Below the pieces are notes generated by a model, which saw only the letters and a program-made list of their open reading frames with translations, ran no database searches and was not told where the DNA came from. This document shows, one piece after another, positions 1 through 13,486 of a stretch of 64,000 bases of DNA. The DNA is from Octopus sinensis. Lineage: Eukaryota. Every line of letters starts with the position of its first letter. Positions within the stretch are counted from its first letter, which is position 1. Location: positions 1,240,001-1,304,000 of the forward strand of contig NC_043011.1 in NCBI RefSeq assembly GCF_006345805.1. Reading direction: 5' to 3'. The translations under genes and the position numbers were made by a program.

Positions 1-1112
1 ACTTTGTGAAGTTGATTAAAAATAAAGTACTGTTAATCATTTGGTAGGTACAATTTGATTACTTAATCCTGCCTTCAAATTTGTAGTCTTGTACATAGCC
101 TGTAAATCATTATTAAACAACAAAAATGCCAGATATGCTTACTGCCTTGTAGTATTTAGTAAGATCCATTTGTTCTGAGTTCACATCAAGTTTGCCTTTC
201 ATCCTTCTGGAGTAAATAAAATAATTATCTCTCAAATAGTTTCTATCTTTCAACTGAAAATACACGTTCCTCAAAATTCATGTACTTGCATTTATGCTAT
301 TACTTTTCTGAAGTAATTTCTCTATCTACATTGTTCTTCTGGCTTCCTCTAGTTTTCATTGAGATGGTGAGTATTCAGAAACATTAGGGCTCTATCTTAA
401 AAAGAAAACAATGAAAATTATTGCAGTCTTTGGATGGTCAATTCAACTGATTAACAGACAATGGATTGAGTGTCCATATCTTGTTCTTCGGTATGTATGC
501 TTCCACTGACAACCATAGCTAAGACACCTGACTCTCAAAATTTAAACTCCAGTTTGTTGTAAGTAGGCTTCAAGGGATGGTTTAATCACCAGAAAACTAT
601 ACAATATTTATAGTTGATGCACCAATGAGAGAAATTCTCAGTAAGTGATTTTGTCTTTTCTCTCCTTGCCTTATTTATACCTACAAGAGAAGTTAGACTC
701 AATACTGCAATATAATAGACCTCTTGACAATCGTATTACTTAAAGTAGCAAGTTATTCCTACATTGTGATACTTATCTGTAAGATTTTTGAGAGAGCTTT
801 AAATGTCTTTCTGTTGGACTGGGCTTTGATAAGTGTGCTCTATAATCAATTTTGTTACCATCGCCACAAATACAACCACCATATGTGCACAATGTTTTTA
901 CTTCTCATTTGGTTATGATTGACTTTGCTTTTACTCATCTGACCATTGATAAAATATCAGATATACTGAGGTCAAACCAGTTGGCTCTGCACTTGTCTAG
1001 GAAATGACTTTGTGGCTAAATCACAAAACACAACACAACAAAACAAAACAAAGGGAATGCAATATCAACGAAGTAACAGCAGTTGTAGCATACTGGGTTA
1101 GATGCCTTAACA

Positions 1113-1483
1113 GAGGCGTAATGGCCCAGTGGTTAGGGCAGCGGACTCGTGGTCATAGGATCGCGGTTTCGATTCCCAGACCGGGCGTTGTGAGTGTTTA
1201 TTGAGCGAAAACACCTAAAGCTCCACGAGGCTCCAGCAGGGATGGTGGTGATCCCTGCTGTACTCTTTCGCCACAACTTTCTCTCACTCTTACTTCCTGT
1301 TTCTGTTGTACCTGTATTTCAAAGGGCTGGCCTTGTCACTCTCTGTGTCACACTGAATATCCCCGAGAACTACGTGTCTGTGGAGTGTTCAGCCACTTAC
1401 ACGTTAATTTCACGAGCAGGCTGTTCTGTTGATTCGGATCAACCGGAACCCTCGTCGTCGTAACTGTCGGAGTGCTTCCATCC
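1113..1483 (+). mobile_element. tRNA-derived SINE, family A
   Basis: A-box TGGCCCAGTGG and B-box GTTTCGATTCC; 13-bp TSD AGATGCCTTAACA (1100-1112, 1484-1496); second copy at 25575. Confidence 0.85.
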
Positions 1484-3953
1484 AGATGCCTTAACATAAT
1501 TAATTTTAGTAAAATGTCCTTTGACATTGTACTAAAATTCTGCTGATGTTGACTTTACCATTCAGCCCTTGTGGTTGATAAAATAAATATCAGTGTTATA
1601 ATGGAATTGAGATTCCATTGATGATACCCTTTCTTCTATGAAATTTTAATGTGCACTAAGTTTCAAGAAATCAATATTCTTTCTGTTATAAAATTTACTA
1701 AAAAAAAATGTTGTTCATCATAAATCTAATAAATACAACAATTTATCTATTTCATTTTTTATTGATTATTATTTTTATCAAAATGAGTCTTTATTTATCG
1801 AAATCAGAATTCCAAACATCTTGTGAATATAATAATTCAACTGAAAAAATAAAAATTTGTAATAATGAAAGATTATGATCAATGGTTCCACTTCAGAAAA
1901 TAATTCCATATCATTTGAAAAAAAGCAAGTAAAATAAATTCTCTGAACAATTCTTCACAATGAAAGACCCCCACCTCCTAGCAAATGTGATTTCTTAGGA
2001 ATATTTATCATTTCAAATATTAACAGTTATTTGAACAATTTGGTAATAATGGAATATTCTCTAAATTTAGTGTTATCTATTTTTCACATACAGATGGTAT
2101 ATGACTGAAAAATATGCTGCTGATAACTTGGTTTAGCAACTTCTTACGATGTCTTCTTAATAATTAGTGAAGAAGAAAATTTACATGGAGCAATTCTATT
2201 TGTGTGCAAAAAATATAAATCAGTGAATGTTTTACTATTTTATGCCACATTTAGTTTTGTTTCTCTAACTCTGCTGTTTATTGAAACAGATATAATTCAG
2301 GCTCAGGAACTTGTTGTATAATTGGCTTGCCTAATTGGGTTATTTAATGTATTTATTTACATTGTATGGCTGTAAATAGATACATGGGTAGGTAAAAAGT
2401 TTACTCTTGTAAGTAGTTGAAGTACTATATAGTTGGCGAGTCTAATTATTTTTTTCATGCTAGCTTTTTTATACTCCAGCCATTTTATACTCCACCATTA
2501 TGGTTTAGCTTGGAGAGGAATAAACTTTCCTAGATTGATCCATGCTGAATACACGACATGAAAACAAGTTGTTCAGTGGTTTCCCACAGGCCTATTATGT
2601 TATGAAACTAACCATTACTGTTGCTTGACTCAATTCCCTGAGGAGGAATGGGATAAAGGAATAGTCAGACGATTATAACACTGGAAAAATGTGTATGCAG
2701 TAAATGGACCCAGTATGAGACAGCAAAATGATACCATAAAAACTGCATCAGTGAATTTGAGCATCTTATTATCATAACCCTTATTGTTATTGTCCAGAAT
2801 TATTAGCACACTGGACAAAAGGCTTAGTGGCATTTTATCTGTCTTTACATTCAGAGTTCAAAACCTTGGGCTGACCAAAGCCTTGTGAGTGGATCTGGTA
2901 GATAAAAACTGAAAGAAGCCCGTATATATATATATGTATATATATCATCATCATCCTTTAGCGTCCGCTTTCCATGCTAGCATGGGTTGGACGGTTAAAC
3001 TGGGGTCTGGGAAGCCAGAAGGCTGCACCTGAATCTATACAACAACAACAATAATAAATACTGTGGTTATATAAAATAACAGAGGAAAAATGTTACATTG
3101 CTGCTAAAGATATCAATTGTCATTATGAATAATGATCATCATCATCATCGTTTAGCATCCGCTTTCCATGCTAGCATGGGTTGGACAGTTCAACTGGGGT
3201 CTGGGAAGCCAGAAGGCTGCGCCAGGCCCAGTCTGATCTGGCAATGTTTCTACGGCTGGATGCCCTTCCTAACGCCAACCACTCCGTGATTGTAGTGGTT
3301 GCTTTTTACGTGCCACCGGCACAGGTGCCAGACAAGGCTGGCAAACGGCCTTGTTTGGATGGTGCTTTTTACGTGCCACTGGCACAGGGGCCAGGTGAGG
3401 TCAACTTTGCATTTCATCCTTTTGGGGCTGATGGAATAAGTACCAGTAAGTACTAAGGTCGATGTAATTGACTAACTCCTTCCCCCAAAATTCTAGGCAT
3501 TGTGTTTGCAGTAGAAATGAGTCACTTTGGTCAACATCTCATTGACTTTTTTTAAGATTCACGCAGAAATGAAAGTGAGAGTGGAGAGGGAAGTGCTACT
3601 TCCCAGTGAATTTGTGGAAAGATGGGCGACTTTGGCAAAATTGGTTAGAGTGAATGGCCCCACTCTTAGTAAAGTGCTCATGCCTTTGGTGGTCAGGGTA
3701 ATCCTGAATCTGTGGTGTTCCTTCATTGGCCCCAGTTGGGGTTTCTACTCTATCATTTATGTTATCATATATTATGTATATACTATGTATACTTTATTGT
3801 ATTTCATCATCTTTTCCACTTCTTTATCCCCATCCTTTATGTAAACCCCGCTAAATTGTTTCTGTCCTTGTGAGGTCTGCCTCATCTATGGCCTTGTGAC
3901 TAGTAAAAGAAATTCTTCCTTTTCTTCTTCTTCTTCTCCTCCTCCTCCTGCTT

Positions 3954-4020
<67 letters not shown>

Positions 4021-4022
<2 letters not shown>

Positions 4023-5365
4023 TAGTTTTATTTTTGTAGCGTGCTTTCACTTCACTACCAAGTGCAGTTCTGTCTGTCTTGGGTATGTGCTGTGATATGT
4101 TGTGATGCTCTGATGGTTATTGTATTGAAAGTGTTCTGTGTAAGATGTGTGCAGTGCCCAGTATTGCAATTTTCTGTATGTTATATGTGTTTGTAAGTCC
4201 TGGTGTTTTTGTTATGTATTTGCCTGAATATTTTTTTAATCATACCTAATGCACCTACTATGATAGGAATTGTTTCTGTTTTTAGATTCCACCTTCGAGT
4301 TACCTCTATTTCCAGGTCTTTGTATTTTGAAAGTTTCTCCATTTCCTTTAGAGACACGTTGTCATCTGCTTGAAAGCATACATCAATTAGAAAGCATTTT
4401 TTCCTTCATGATCTCTGACAACTATATCTGGCCTGTTGCCCTTAATTTCTCTATCTGTGTGTATTGGCATATCCCAGAGTATGGTTGCTATCTCGTTTTC
4501 TGTGACCTTTTCTGGCATGTGCATATGCCATCTTTTTTCTGTTGTTATTCCATAATGTTGGCATAGCTTCCAGTGTATGTAGGTCCCAACTCTGTCGTGT
4601 CTGTGAATATATTCCTTCTTATCCAGGACTGGGCAGCCAGAGATAATATGATTTATTGTTTCTTGTCCATCTCCACATATTCTGCAGTTACTTGTTATGT
4701 TTCTTTTCATTATGTTTTTGGTAATTTCTGGTGGGGAGGCTTTGGTCTTGTGCTGAAATTAAAAATCCCTCCGTCTCTGATTTGAGTCCTGAGTTTCTCA
4801 ACCATTGCTGGGATTTTTCTTTGTCTATTTCTTTTGCATTTAATTTAGTCCAGTATTTGCCATGAAGGGGCTTTTCTTGCCATCGTTGCTCAGGGGCTAA
4901 GTTTGCTGTTTTAATAGTCCTTTTCTGTGGTTGTTCATTCACTGACCATATTTCTTTCCAGAATTCTTTCCCTTCTGCCATTGGTGCTGCAGTGATGTTT
5001 ATTTTATTTTTGCCAAGTTCTTAGTAGAACTTTTTGGAGTTGGAGTTAAACTGTTTGTTTTGTTCAAAGAAACATTGGCGTTTCTCATACCGGCAGATCC
5101 TTTGTGCTTTGGCAAGGATATTTTGCTTTAGCTTTCCTTTTATCTCAGGTAAATCTTTTTCTGTGATGTTGTATTTGCACAGTATTTTTCTTTTCTTTTT
5201 GTTGCTTAGTAGTGTTGATTGTCGACTAATTTCGTGAAGAATCGACAGATCTTTTCTCATTTTTTGTATTTTTTTGGATGTTATTTATCCACAGGGTTTG
5301 TTTGGGTGGTGGAGTTTTCCTTTTCCAATTTTGTGTCCATTTCTTGCAAGTGTCTTCCTGAAACC
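4021..5365 (-). mobile_element. 5'-truncated R4/Dong-like non-LTR retrotransposon (CCHC knuckle plus restriction-like endonuclease), pseudogenised, ending in (AAT)n
   Basis: CRICGDGQETINHIISGC, RHDRV, RPDIVV and GLKSETEGFLISAQDQSL motifs; (TTA)n at about 3982-4018 abuts its 3' end. Confidence 0.85.
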
Positions 5366-6099
5366 TAAGGCAAAGAAACTCACTGTATACATTGAAAGAT
5401 CATTAAATTAAACAGATTGTTCATTTACAAAATGAGGTTATATGCCCCCCACCCCAAAAAAAAACTAAAGTTACATTGGTGGTAATCATTCTCATAATGA
5501 CAATGCTCTTTTCAACATGTGTGATGTACCAGTTAAAACAATATTTTGCACTTCTTGCATGGGTGGTGAGCCAGGGATCATTCTCAATTATTTTCTGTGA
5601 ATATTCATGTTTTCACAAGTTTGAAATATTTTCATTTTGGATTCATTCATTTGTTCATCTTGTCATTTTACATTTTTTTCCTCATTCTAATGATTATTTT
5701 TCATTGAGGCATTATTTTACAGCCAGGTGTCATTCCTGTAGCTAATCCTTTCTTATTTTTCAAGTATGGGATTTTTTATTTATTCCATGTAACCTTTGAA
5801 AGTACAAGGAATGTCAATATAGCATTTACTGTTCATGCAAATGTGTAGAGTGTAAACATTGACACAAATACATTATGTGCACACACACACACACACACAC
5901 ATGCATCTCTCTATTTCTTTCTCTAGCTATCTATCTCTCAGTCTGTCTGTTTATCTATCTATATATTTATATATATATCAACAATCAAGGAACGGCCATA
6001 ATAGGCCATTCACCCACTAGAAATAACAGCCAAAGCTTCAACCGCAAATAAAAGTCAATTCCGTAAACAGGAGAAAATTTAAAAAACATTTACCCTGTA

Positions 6100-6206
6100 A
6101 TTTCTTATACGATGCACCGTTTCATCTGCTGTTTAATGGTAAACTAACCTGATTAAATTAAATCAAGCCAATCTTCCATAGGCCCTCAGATTCTTCAGTA
6201 AGAAAT
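6100..6206 (-). ncRNA. Mirror hammerhead ribozyme of element A
   Basis: Exact reverse complement of 6511-6617 in the left arm. Confidence 0.85.
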
Positions 6207-6510
6207 AGCCACAAGTCGGAACAGATATTTTCACGAGGCATTTCCGACCCTGCCAAGGTAATATCTGACCTAAAATTTTCAAATCATCGCACTCGCGCCA
6301 AATTTATCGGCAGCAAATAAATATAAGCCGTCGATTCCATTACGGAATTAACCAGAATTTTCTGGTTAATTCCGTAATGGAATCGACGGCTTATATTTAT
6401 TTGCTGCCGATAAATTTGGCGCGAGTGCGATGATTTGAAAATTTTAGGTCAGATATTACCTTGGCAGGGTCGGAAATGCCTCGTGAAAATATCTGTTCCG
6501 ACTTGTGGCT

Positions 6511-6617
6511 ATTTCTTACTGAAGAATCTGAGGGCCTATGGAAGATTGGCTTGATTTAATTTAATCAGGTTAGTTTACCATTAAACAGCAGATGAAACGG
6601 TGCATCGTATAAGAAAT
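6511..6617 (+). ncRNA. Type I hammerhead ribozyme with extended stem II
   Basis: Stem I ATTTCTTA(6511-6518)/TAAGAAAT(6610-6617); core CTGAAGA 6519-6525; stem II ATCTG(6526-6530)/CAGAT(6589-6593); GAAA 6594-6597; stem III ACG/CGT with GTGCAT loop; cleavage triplet GTA 6607-6609. Confidence 0.85.
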
Positions 6618-7101
6618 TACAGGGTAAATGTTTTTTAAATTTTCTCCTGTTTACGGAATTGACTTTTATTTGCGGTTGAAGCTTTGGCTGTTATTTCTAG
6701 TGGGTGAATGGCCTATTATGGCCGTTCCTTGATTGTTGATGTTGAACTTAAAAATGGTCTATGACTATTTAATTTTTTCCCACTAGGCCGCTGGTGGCAA
6801 AAAAATTCTACAAAATTTTTTTTGCCACCCTATATTGATTAATTATGTATTTATATATATATATAAACATTATACACACACAAACTCTCACACACCTATG
6901 AATATGCATGCACATGAGCATATGTATAGGGTTAGTCCACATTACTCTGTAAGGAGCACAGGACTGGTTTCCTGGTATATATTTGATCATCCCATAAATA
7001 ATGTCATTTTTTCAATTGCTTGAAGTAAAAGTCGGTGGGGGGGGGATAAACTACCTGCATCAACTTCTAGTTTCTATTTTCTCTTTGTAACATATTTCTA
7101 T

Positions 7102-7142
<41 letters not shown>

Positions 7143-7944
7143 TTGTGTGTATATGTATATATATGTGTGTGTGTGTGTGTGTGTATATGTATATGCATAT
7201 GAATACATATATACATACATACATATATATATATATGTATATATGGTGGTTGTCTACTCCTTATCCAGAGTTTGACCACCTCCTGTACCTACACCTTAGC
7301 ACTTTCATGGCATCTGATGTAGCTTTTTAAACCAGACAATGTTTTAAAAAGACACCCACATAGATTGCATATCAGATTTGGACCACCAAGAGTTGCAGAT
7401 AAGTTCTGATCTTTGTGGATCTTAAAATGTCTTTCAACACCTCCATTAGATTAACTGCAGAGTAATTTCCGATCTCAGCGTGCCAAAGTGAAGCCATTTG
7501 AAAGATACACATAAATATAATTTGTGGAACTTTATACATGCTAGATTTTGGTTGAGCGTTTCTGTGTCTAGTTCTGGAAATTGTACTTTTGTAAACGACA
7601 GACTATGCTGATGATCTTGCAGATGTTTGTGTATCCATATACATAAATATTAACAAGTGAAACTAATTAGTACATAGGTAATGGGTTTTTTTTATTTCGT
7701 ATATTTTCATTTGTCTAGCTTATTTTTACACTTTGGTTTTTTGTTGAATTTTTTCTTGAGAACACATTCTTCATGGAAAATGGTGATTTTGACGTCTATA
7801 TCTAGCATATAGTCTGTCCATTGTTTTTAGTGGTCAGTCAGTCCTCTAAATTTTGTATGTAAAAAAGATTTTTAATCTTCGGATATTTTAAAAAATATGC
7901 TAGTCCACTGGTTTCAATTGATTAATATCAATTTGTACCCTTAT

Positions 7945-7982
<38 letters not shown>

Positions 7983-9385
7983 TTACATACATACATACAG
8001 GCGTACTCCAGTGAGTCAATCCCCACCTCATATTGCTCTCTCCTCACACCATATCATCCCTGACCATCTTGATACCACTTTTCCCTCTTGCTACTTGGGT
8101 CCATCTCACATTTTAGCCATTCTCCATCCGTTGCTATTGTTCTCCTCACCCACATGTTACAGTGGACTTTTTCTTCTCCAGAGCATCTAATTATCTCTTC
8201 TCATGCATAATGCTTGTCTTATCTTTCTACTCCACTCCTGCAAACACTTCAGCAACACTTCAGCTCTCTCTCTCCTCTCCCTCATCAATGGTATCCTTAC
8301 TACAATACTCCTCGTAGCCCTGTAACCTCCCAAACTCACATCATCTCAATCCCACTAAGGCTGCCCACCTCTCTCTATTACTTCCTCCATCTCTTTCCTC
8401 ACACACTCTTGCAAATCCCCATTTACCTTATCATCACTGTCTATTTCCTTGGAGATTCCTCTAATTCATTCCCACACTCTCTCTCTCTCTCTCTCCTAAA
8501 TGTCACTAGCCCTCTAACTCCTACAATAAGGACCTGTTCTGTTCCTGCATCTTTCCTCCCTCCATCTAACATACAGAAGCAATATTCTTTCTCTCTGGGA
8601 TTGTTGCCTTGCAAGCCACATGATAACTCCAATAGTGCTGGTGGCATGAAAAATAAGCACCCAATATACACTGCAAAGTGGTTGGCATTAGGAAGGGCAT
8701 CCAGCCATAGAAACTATGCCAAAACAGACACGAGTGTATGATGCAGTCCTTAACTCATTGAATCCTTGTCAAACCATCCAACCCATGGAAGTATGGAATA
8801 TGGACATTAAAAGATAAGGATGATGATAGACATATCATGATAAGTTTCCATAAAGTTTTACTCACAAAGCACTAGTCAACCTGAAGTTGCCATAGAAGAT
8901 ACCTGCCCCAGGTGCCAATCATTGAGATAGAACTATAGAACTAGACACCATCTCGTTATGAAGTGAACTCTGTATTTACAGAACCTACCTGCTTATAAGA
9001 TGAAAAATGATTTGCAGGTTCGTTTTACCATCAGAGACTTTGGAACAACACCACCCAGCCTGTTTGAGGAAAGGAGAGCAGAAAGGTCTGGCTTTAGATA
9101 TTTTCAAATCTGTTGATATGCTGAGGAAACTGAGAAAAATTAATTGGGCTGGTGGGCAAAAGAGAAAACCTATTTGCTATATATGTGACAGTAAAGGTCC
9201 CTTAAAGATATAAATATGTTTATAAAATGACATTTTTTCATAAATGCTATGTTTTAATTTTGTTCAGTTATGATTGGCAGTGATGTTTTAAGTTTCTTTA
9301 CTAAGTTTGTGTGTATATGTTTATGCTTATTTTTTGACATAAACACGGAAAATGAAAACTTGAGACCATCACAATTTATAAAATA

Positions 9386-9518
9386 TTCTAATATATTACT
9401 TCGTTCTGTTTTTTGCAGGTAAGTCATCCTAGCTTTAACTTAACAAGGTGGATTACCATATTTATATAATCAGGATAACTTGAAATAAATTGGTGATATT
9501 ATCTAAAAGCAAGTAAGT
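9386..9518 (+). promoter_or_regulatory. Candidate recursive splice site (AG|GT at 9418/9419) with 94-nt cryptic exon to a donor at 9513
   Basis: TTCTAAT branch-like motif, TTCGTTCTGTTTTTTGCAG|GTAAGT, downstream AA|GTAAGT; stops in all three frames of 9419-9512. Confidence 0.5.
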
Positions 9519-9905
9519 TTCATATTTATATATTTTTTATTGATTGTTTTATATCAAGATGAATGCAAATTTTTAGTGGAGTGATCTTTTGCGATATTGT
9601 TAAAAACTGAATCTTACAGATGGTCAAGTTTATTGGGAGTTCAGTCAAATGACTATAAGATGACAGTACAGCACTCCATCTATATCCAGAATACTTATCT
9701 CCTTAAGGTCCAATCCATTTAGCTGCATGGAGGTTCCAATTTGACAGAACTAACCAACTGAAACAACAAAATTCACGTATAATTCTTGATTGTTTTGTTA
9801 ATTTACACTATTGGTTTCTAGTCTTGCCAAAGCTGAAATTGTTTTACCAAACCTAGAGTGTATATGGTATACTTGTTACTGTCTGTATGTCCTAATCTAT
9901 ACATG

Positions 9906-10217
9906 TTGTTGTTTGTTCCTTCTCGAGCCATGCCTGGCTCATAAGGGCCAGTTTCCCGGTTTCTTGGCGTATAGGTTCCCCACCTGGATGGGACGCCGGT
10001 CCGTCGCAGGTGAGCTGCAAGATGCAGGAGGAAAGAGTGAGAGAAAGTTGTGGCAAAAGAGTCAGCAGAAATTCACCATTACCTTCTGCCGGAGCCGCAT
10101 GGAGCTTAGGTGTTTTCGCTCATAAACACACACATCACCCGGTCTGAGATTCGAACCCGTGATCCCTCAACCGTGAGTCCGCTGCTCTAACCACTAGGCC
10201 ATGTGCCTCCACACATT
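9906..10217 (-). mobile_element. tRNA-derived SINE, family B (head related to family A)
   Basis: Reverse complement of 31589-31852; TSD CTATACATG (9897-9905, 10218-10226). Confidence 0.8.
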
Positions 10218-13144
10218 CTATACATGCAGTTTATAGGTGTAGGCCTAACTGTGTGGGTAAGACATGTGCTTCCCAACCACATGGCTTTGGGTTCAGTCCC
10301 ACTGTGTGGCACCTTAGGCAAGCATCTACTATTGCCTCAAGCCAACCAAAGCTTTATGAGTGAATGTAGGAAGCAGAAATTCCATTGTGTGTATATGTGT
10401 GTGAAAGTGCTTGTACTTCCTTTGATAGATACAAGGGAACAGTAATTATCAATAGAAAAGTATGAGTAACTACTGTGTACAGTAGAGGCATTGAATAATT
10501 AACAATAATGGATTTGTTAGCTTGCAATATTGAGTTAAAGTCCTTCAGTGTGTTTAGAGTGAGATAACTGTCACTAATAGACTGTAAAGCAGGATTACTA
10601 GAGGTCCAATCTCCTTGCAATCTCCTCCTCAGACAGTAAAAACATTTCAACATAGAAACGTTAACATCAATAACTGAATTGATTAGTGGCCAACAATAAC
10701 ACTTTTTTGTATAGATGTGTATTGTTGAATCTATTTAACAATCGATGACTAACAATACTACTCAACAACTTTGCATTTTAATCATCTGATAAACCACCAA
10801 ATTTGAGGCATTAAACAAGACCATTATTTCTTGGAACATTTAAATATTTTATAAACATACATGTACACATACACACTACACACTTTTAATGCTACAACAT
10901 AAATAAACCAATACCAAGTTACAATTCAGCTGCTCTTGACTGGTAATATGAAAACTTACTTTCTCTTTTCACTAGTGAAAATGAAGTCATCATTTATTAA
11001 TAGATATCTACAAGAAAATTTATACTGTATTCTCAAGAATCATCTTACAAGGTTTTATGTGATAATCTTAATCTGTGATAATGAGCATATTTTTAATGTT
11101 AACAGGCATTCTGTACTCTCTCTGTAGACTTGAAAATATTTTATTAAATAGATTATTCAGGAAATAAGCTGTAAATTCATAAGTCTTGCACAACATTCCA
11201 GCTACAAGGTATTGTGTTAAAATGCCACTAAATTGTTTCTCTGTAATATAACGTATCAAGAACAGCTGAGTTTGGTGAATGAAACTTTGGAAAAGGATGT
11301 AGCTTATCAAGTTATATTTTTGAGAGACATTTGAACCGGGCGATACTGCTAGTTAATTATACAATGTTCTCACTGTTTATAGCTAGATCAGAACAGTTGT
11401 GAGAAGTTACATGCCCTGACTGTAGATCCAATGAAGCGATGGTGAAGATTTGTTATGTACAAATGATAATCCAATCAAGAGTCTAGTTTCTTATTAACTA
11501 AACAAGCAAAACTTCTCATTACAGTGACATAAATAGCTCATAAGCACTGTATAATTTACATAACATATCTAATATACACGACATCATATCAAAATGTAAA
11601 CTACTAATAGAGTATTATATTAACACATCAGCTTACCTACACTAACAAATATATTCACAGAGCAGCTATAACACTCTTTTAAGAATGAATGAACAATGTC
11701 AAACCTGCCATCTCAATGTAAAACTGAAATAAAGAAGAAATTTCTGCACTGGGATTATGTTATGGAGTTGTGAAGTGTGCAGCTTGACCATGTTAATAAC
11801 TGGGTTTAAGAAACATACATGAGAAAACAATAAAATAATCAGAGATTATAATTTCTTGTATGTTTCCAATTTATCAAGCTAACATTGGAACTAGCATATG
11901 TCCTTAGAAATGTATGAACAGTTGGTGTTTGGTTAGAATGTAGCATTCTCTAGTAGCAGATCTGTTATTTGTTACAATTTGTGGTTAATCAGAGAAACTG
12001 TAACTGAAAATTCAATTGCCATTACATGATATATTGTTTTATTTTTATAATACCTCTAGACTATTCTATCAATGTCTGTTCTGTGTCATCACATGGTGAA
12101 CTTAAGTACAATGCTCTTATTCATTTGATTGCTGTATATTACACACTGTCCATTCTGCAAATACTGTTATTTAAAATTAAGCAAACAAGTCTTGCTCATA
12201 CGAAATAAACAATATTAATATCATCTATTCCTTATTCAAAATATAACATTTTTCTCTATTTTTTTATTGACTATATCTTTGATAAAGTATTTTAAAAAAT
12301 TCAGCTAGTGTTCTAAATATAATTGGAAATCTATAGTATATCTGTATTTAATTTTTCTTTTCTAGCAAGCTCTGTTGAGCAAGAGGTAAACACAAGTGAG
12401 TTGAGGCTAAGAACCAATCTCAGTTCTTAGTCAAATCCAATTTAAGTACTTTACAGTTATAATATGCCATTATCATATATTTGATGGTTGTTTCAGGTGT
12501 AATATTCTTTCAAAATACATGAAGTCCATTCTTGAATTTATTAGTTGTATTTGTTCCAGTAATATCTCTCAACAGATGATTCCGATTTCCATTACACATG
12601 TTTGAGAACATTTTCTCTCTTCCTACTCTAATGTAGACTGCTTATGATCCTTGACAGAGATTAAGCAATTTCGTTTCTTTTGCAGTTCATACTATGAAAT
12701 AATAAGCTTTTACTAACCGTGATATATTTTCTATCATTTAAAAGTGCAATTTGTATTTTGTATAATTTTTTTTTTATCTAAAGAGAAGTGGACATTGTAA
12801 CTAGCAATGTCAAATCATACTTGGAGACAGTAGGGTGTGATTGTTGTTAAGTTTTAAGTAATGTATATGGGTTTATTGATAGAAGAAGAGGAGTAAGATA
12901 TAAAACAAATTTGTTGAATTAAGTGCTTCTTTAAAGGGTCAGACAAGGGAGAGATATTAGTATGGATGGGAGAAAGACATACCCAGTCAGTTTTAAAAAA
13001 AAATGGGATTGATATGAACTGATGGGTTTGGATATAGTAGACCAGTGTGCTAATGACTGTAGTGTATTAGCATGGAATAGCTAATCAGACTTGTAGCATT
13101 TTTATGTGGTTTGAAATATGTATGCATTTGTGCATAAGTGTGTG

Positions 13145-13486
13145 TGGCTGTTGCCAGCGCTGCCCTGACTGGCACATAAAAAGCACCATCCGATCATGGC
13201 CATTGCCAGCCTTGCCTGGCCCCTGTGCCGGTGGCATGTAAAAAGCACCATCCGATCGTGGCCATTTGCCAGCCTCGTCTGGCACCCGTGCCGGTGGCAT
13301 GTAAAAGCACCCACTTCACTCACGGAGTGGTTGGCGTTAGGAAGGGCATCCAGCTGTAGAAACATTGCCAGATCCGACTGGGCCTGGTGCAGCCTTCTGG
13401 CTTCCCAGACCCCAGTTAAACCGTCCAACCCATGCTAGCATGGAAAGGGGACGCTAAACGATGATGATAATGATGATGATGATGAT
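13145..13486 (+). mobile_element. RTE 3'-end fragment. Other copies: 2944-3030(-), 3139-3396(-), 8636-8830(+), 38507-38873(+), 50294-50600(-), 55330-55478(+), 56897-57530(-), 58030-58155(+), 58880-59020(+)
   Basis: All share GTGGTTGGCGTTAGGAAGGGCATCCAGC...CCAACCCATGCTAGCATGGAAA-(GAT)n with the RTE 3' end. Confidence 0.85.

Larger units (their letters stand above)
5977..6851 (+). mobile_element. Fold-back hammerhead element A (Penelope-like pLTR remnant / retrozyme-like): perfect palindrome 5977-6740 plus unique tail to (TA)n
   Basis: Arms 5977-6357 and 6360-6740 are exact reverse complements by eye (381 bp each, 2-nt loop TT). TA-rich tract on the left, (TA)n at 6852; tail 6741-6851; no ORF. 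Confidence 0.75.

Noticed and set aside
1113-1190. tRNA genes at SINE heads (also 23320, 25575, 31589, 36684)
   Set aside because: No complete acceptor stem; each continues into a SINE body, with TSDs seen for the 1113 and 25575 copies.
2290-2833. GPCR-like fragments (AVNRY; FCCLILGPF)
   Set aside because: They are on opposite strands, the Cys-to-Arg spacing is short and there is an in-frame stop; insufficient to name a family.
9419-9512. Alternative genetic code or stop recoding (TAA as Gln) making exon-like pieces open
   Set aside because: TAA frequency is what AT-rich non-coding DNA gives by chance; TE ORFs here use the standard code.
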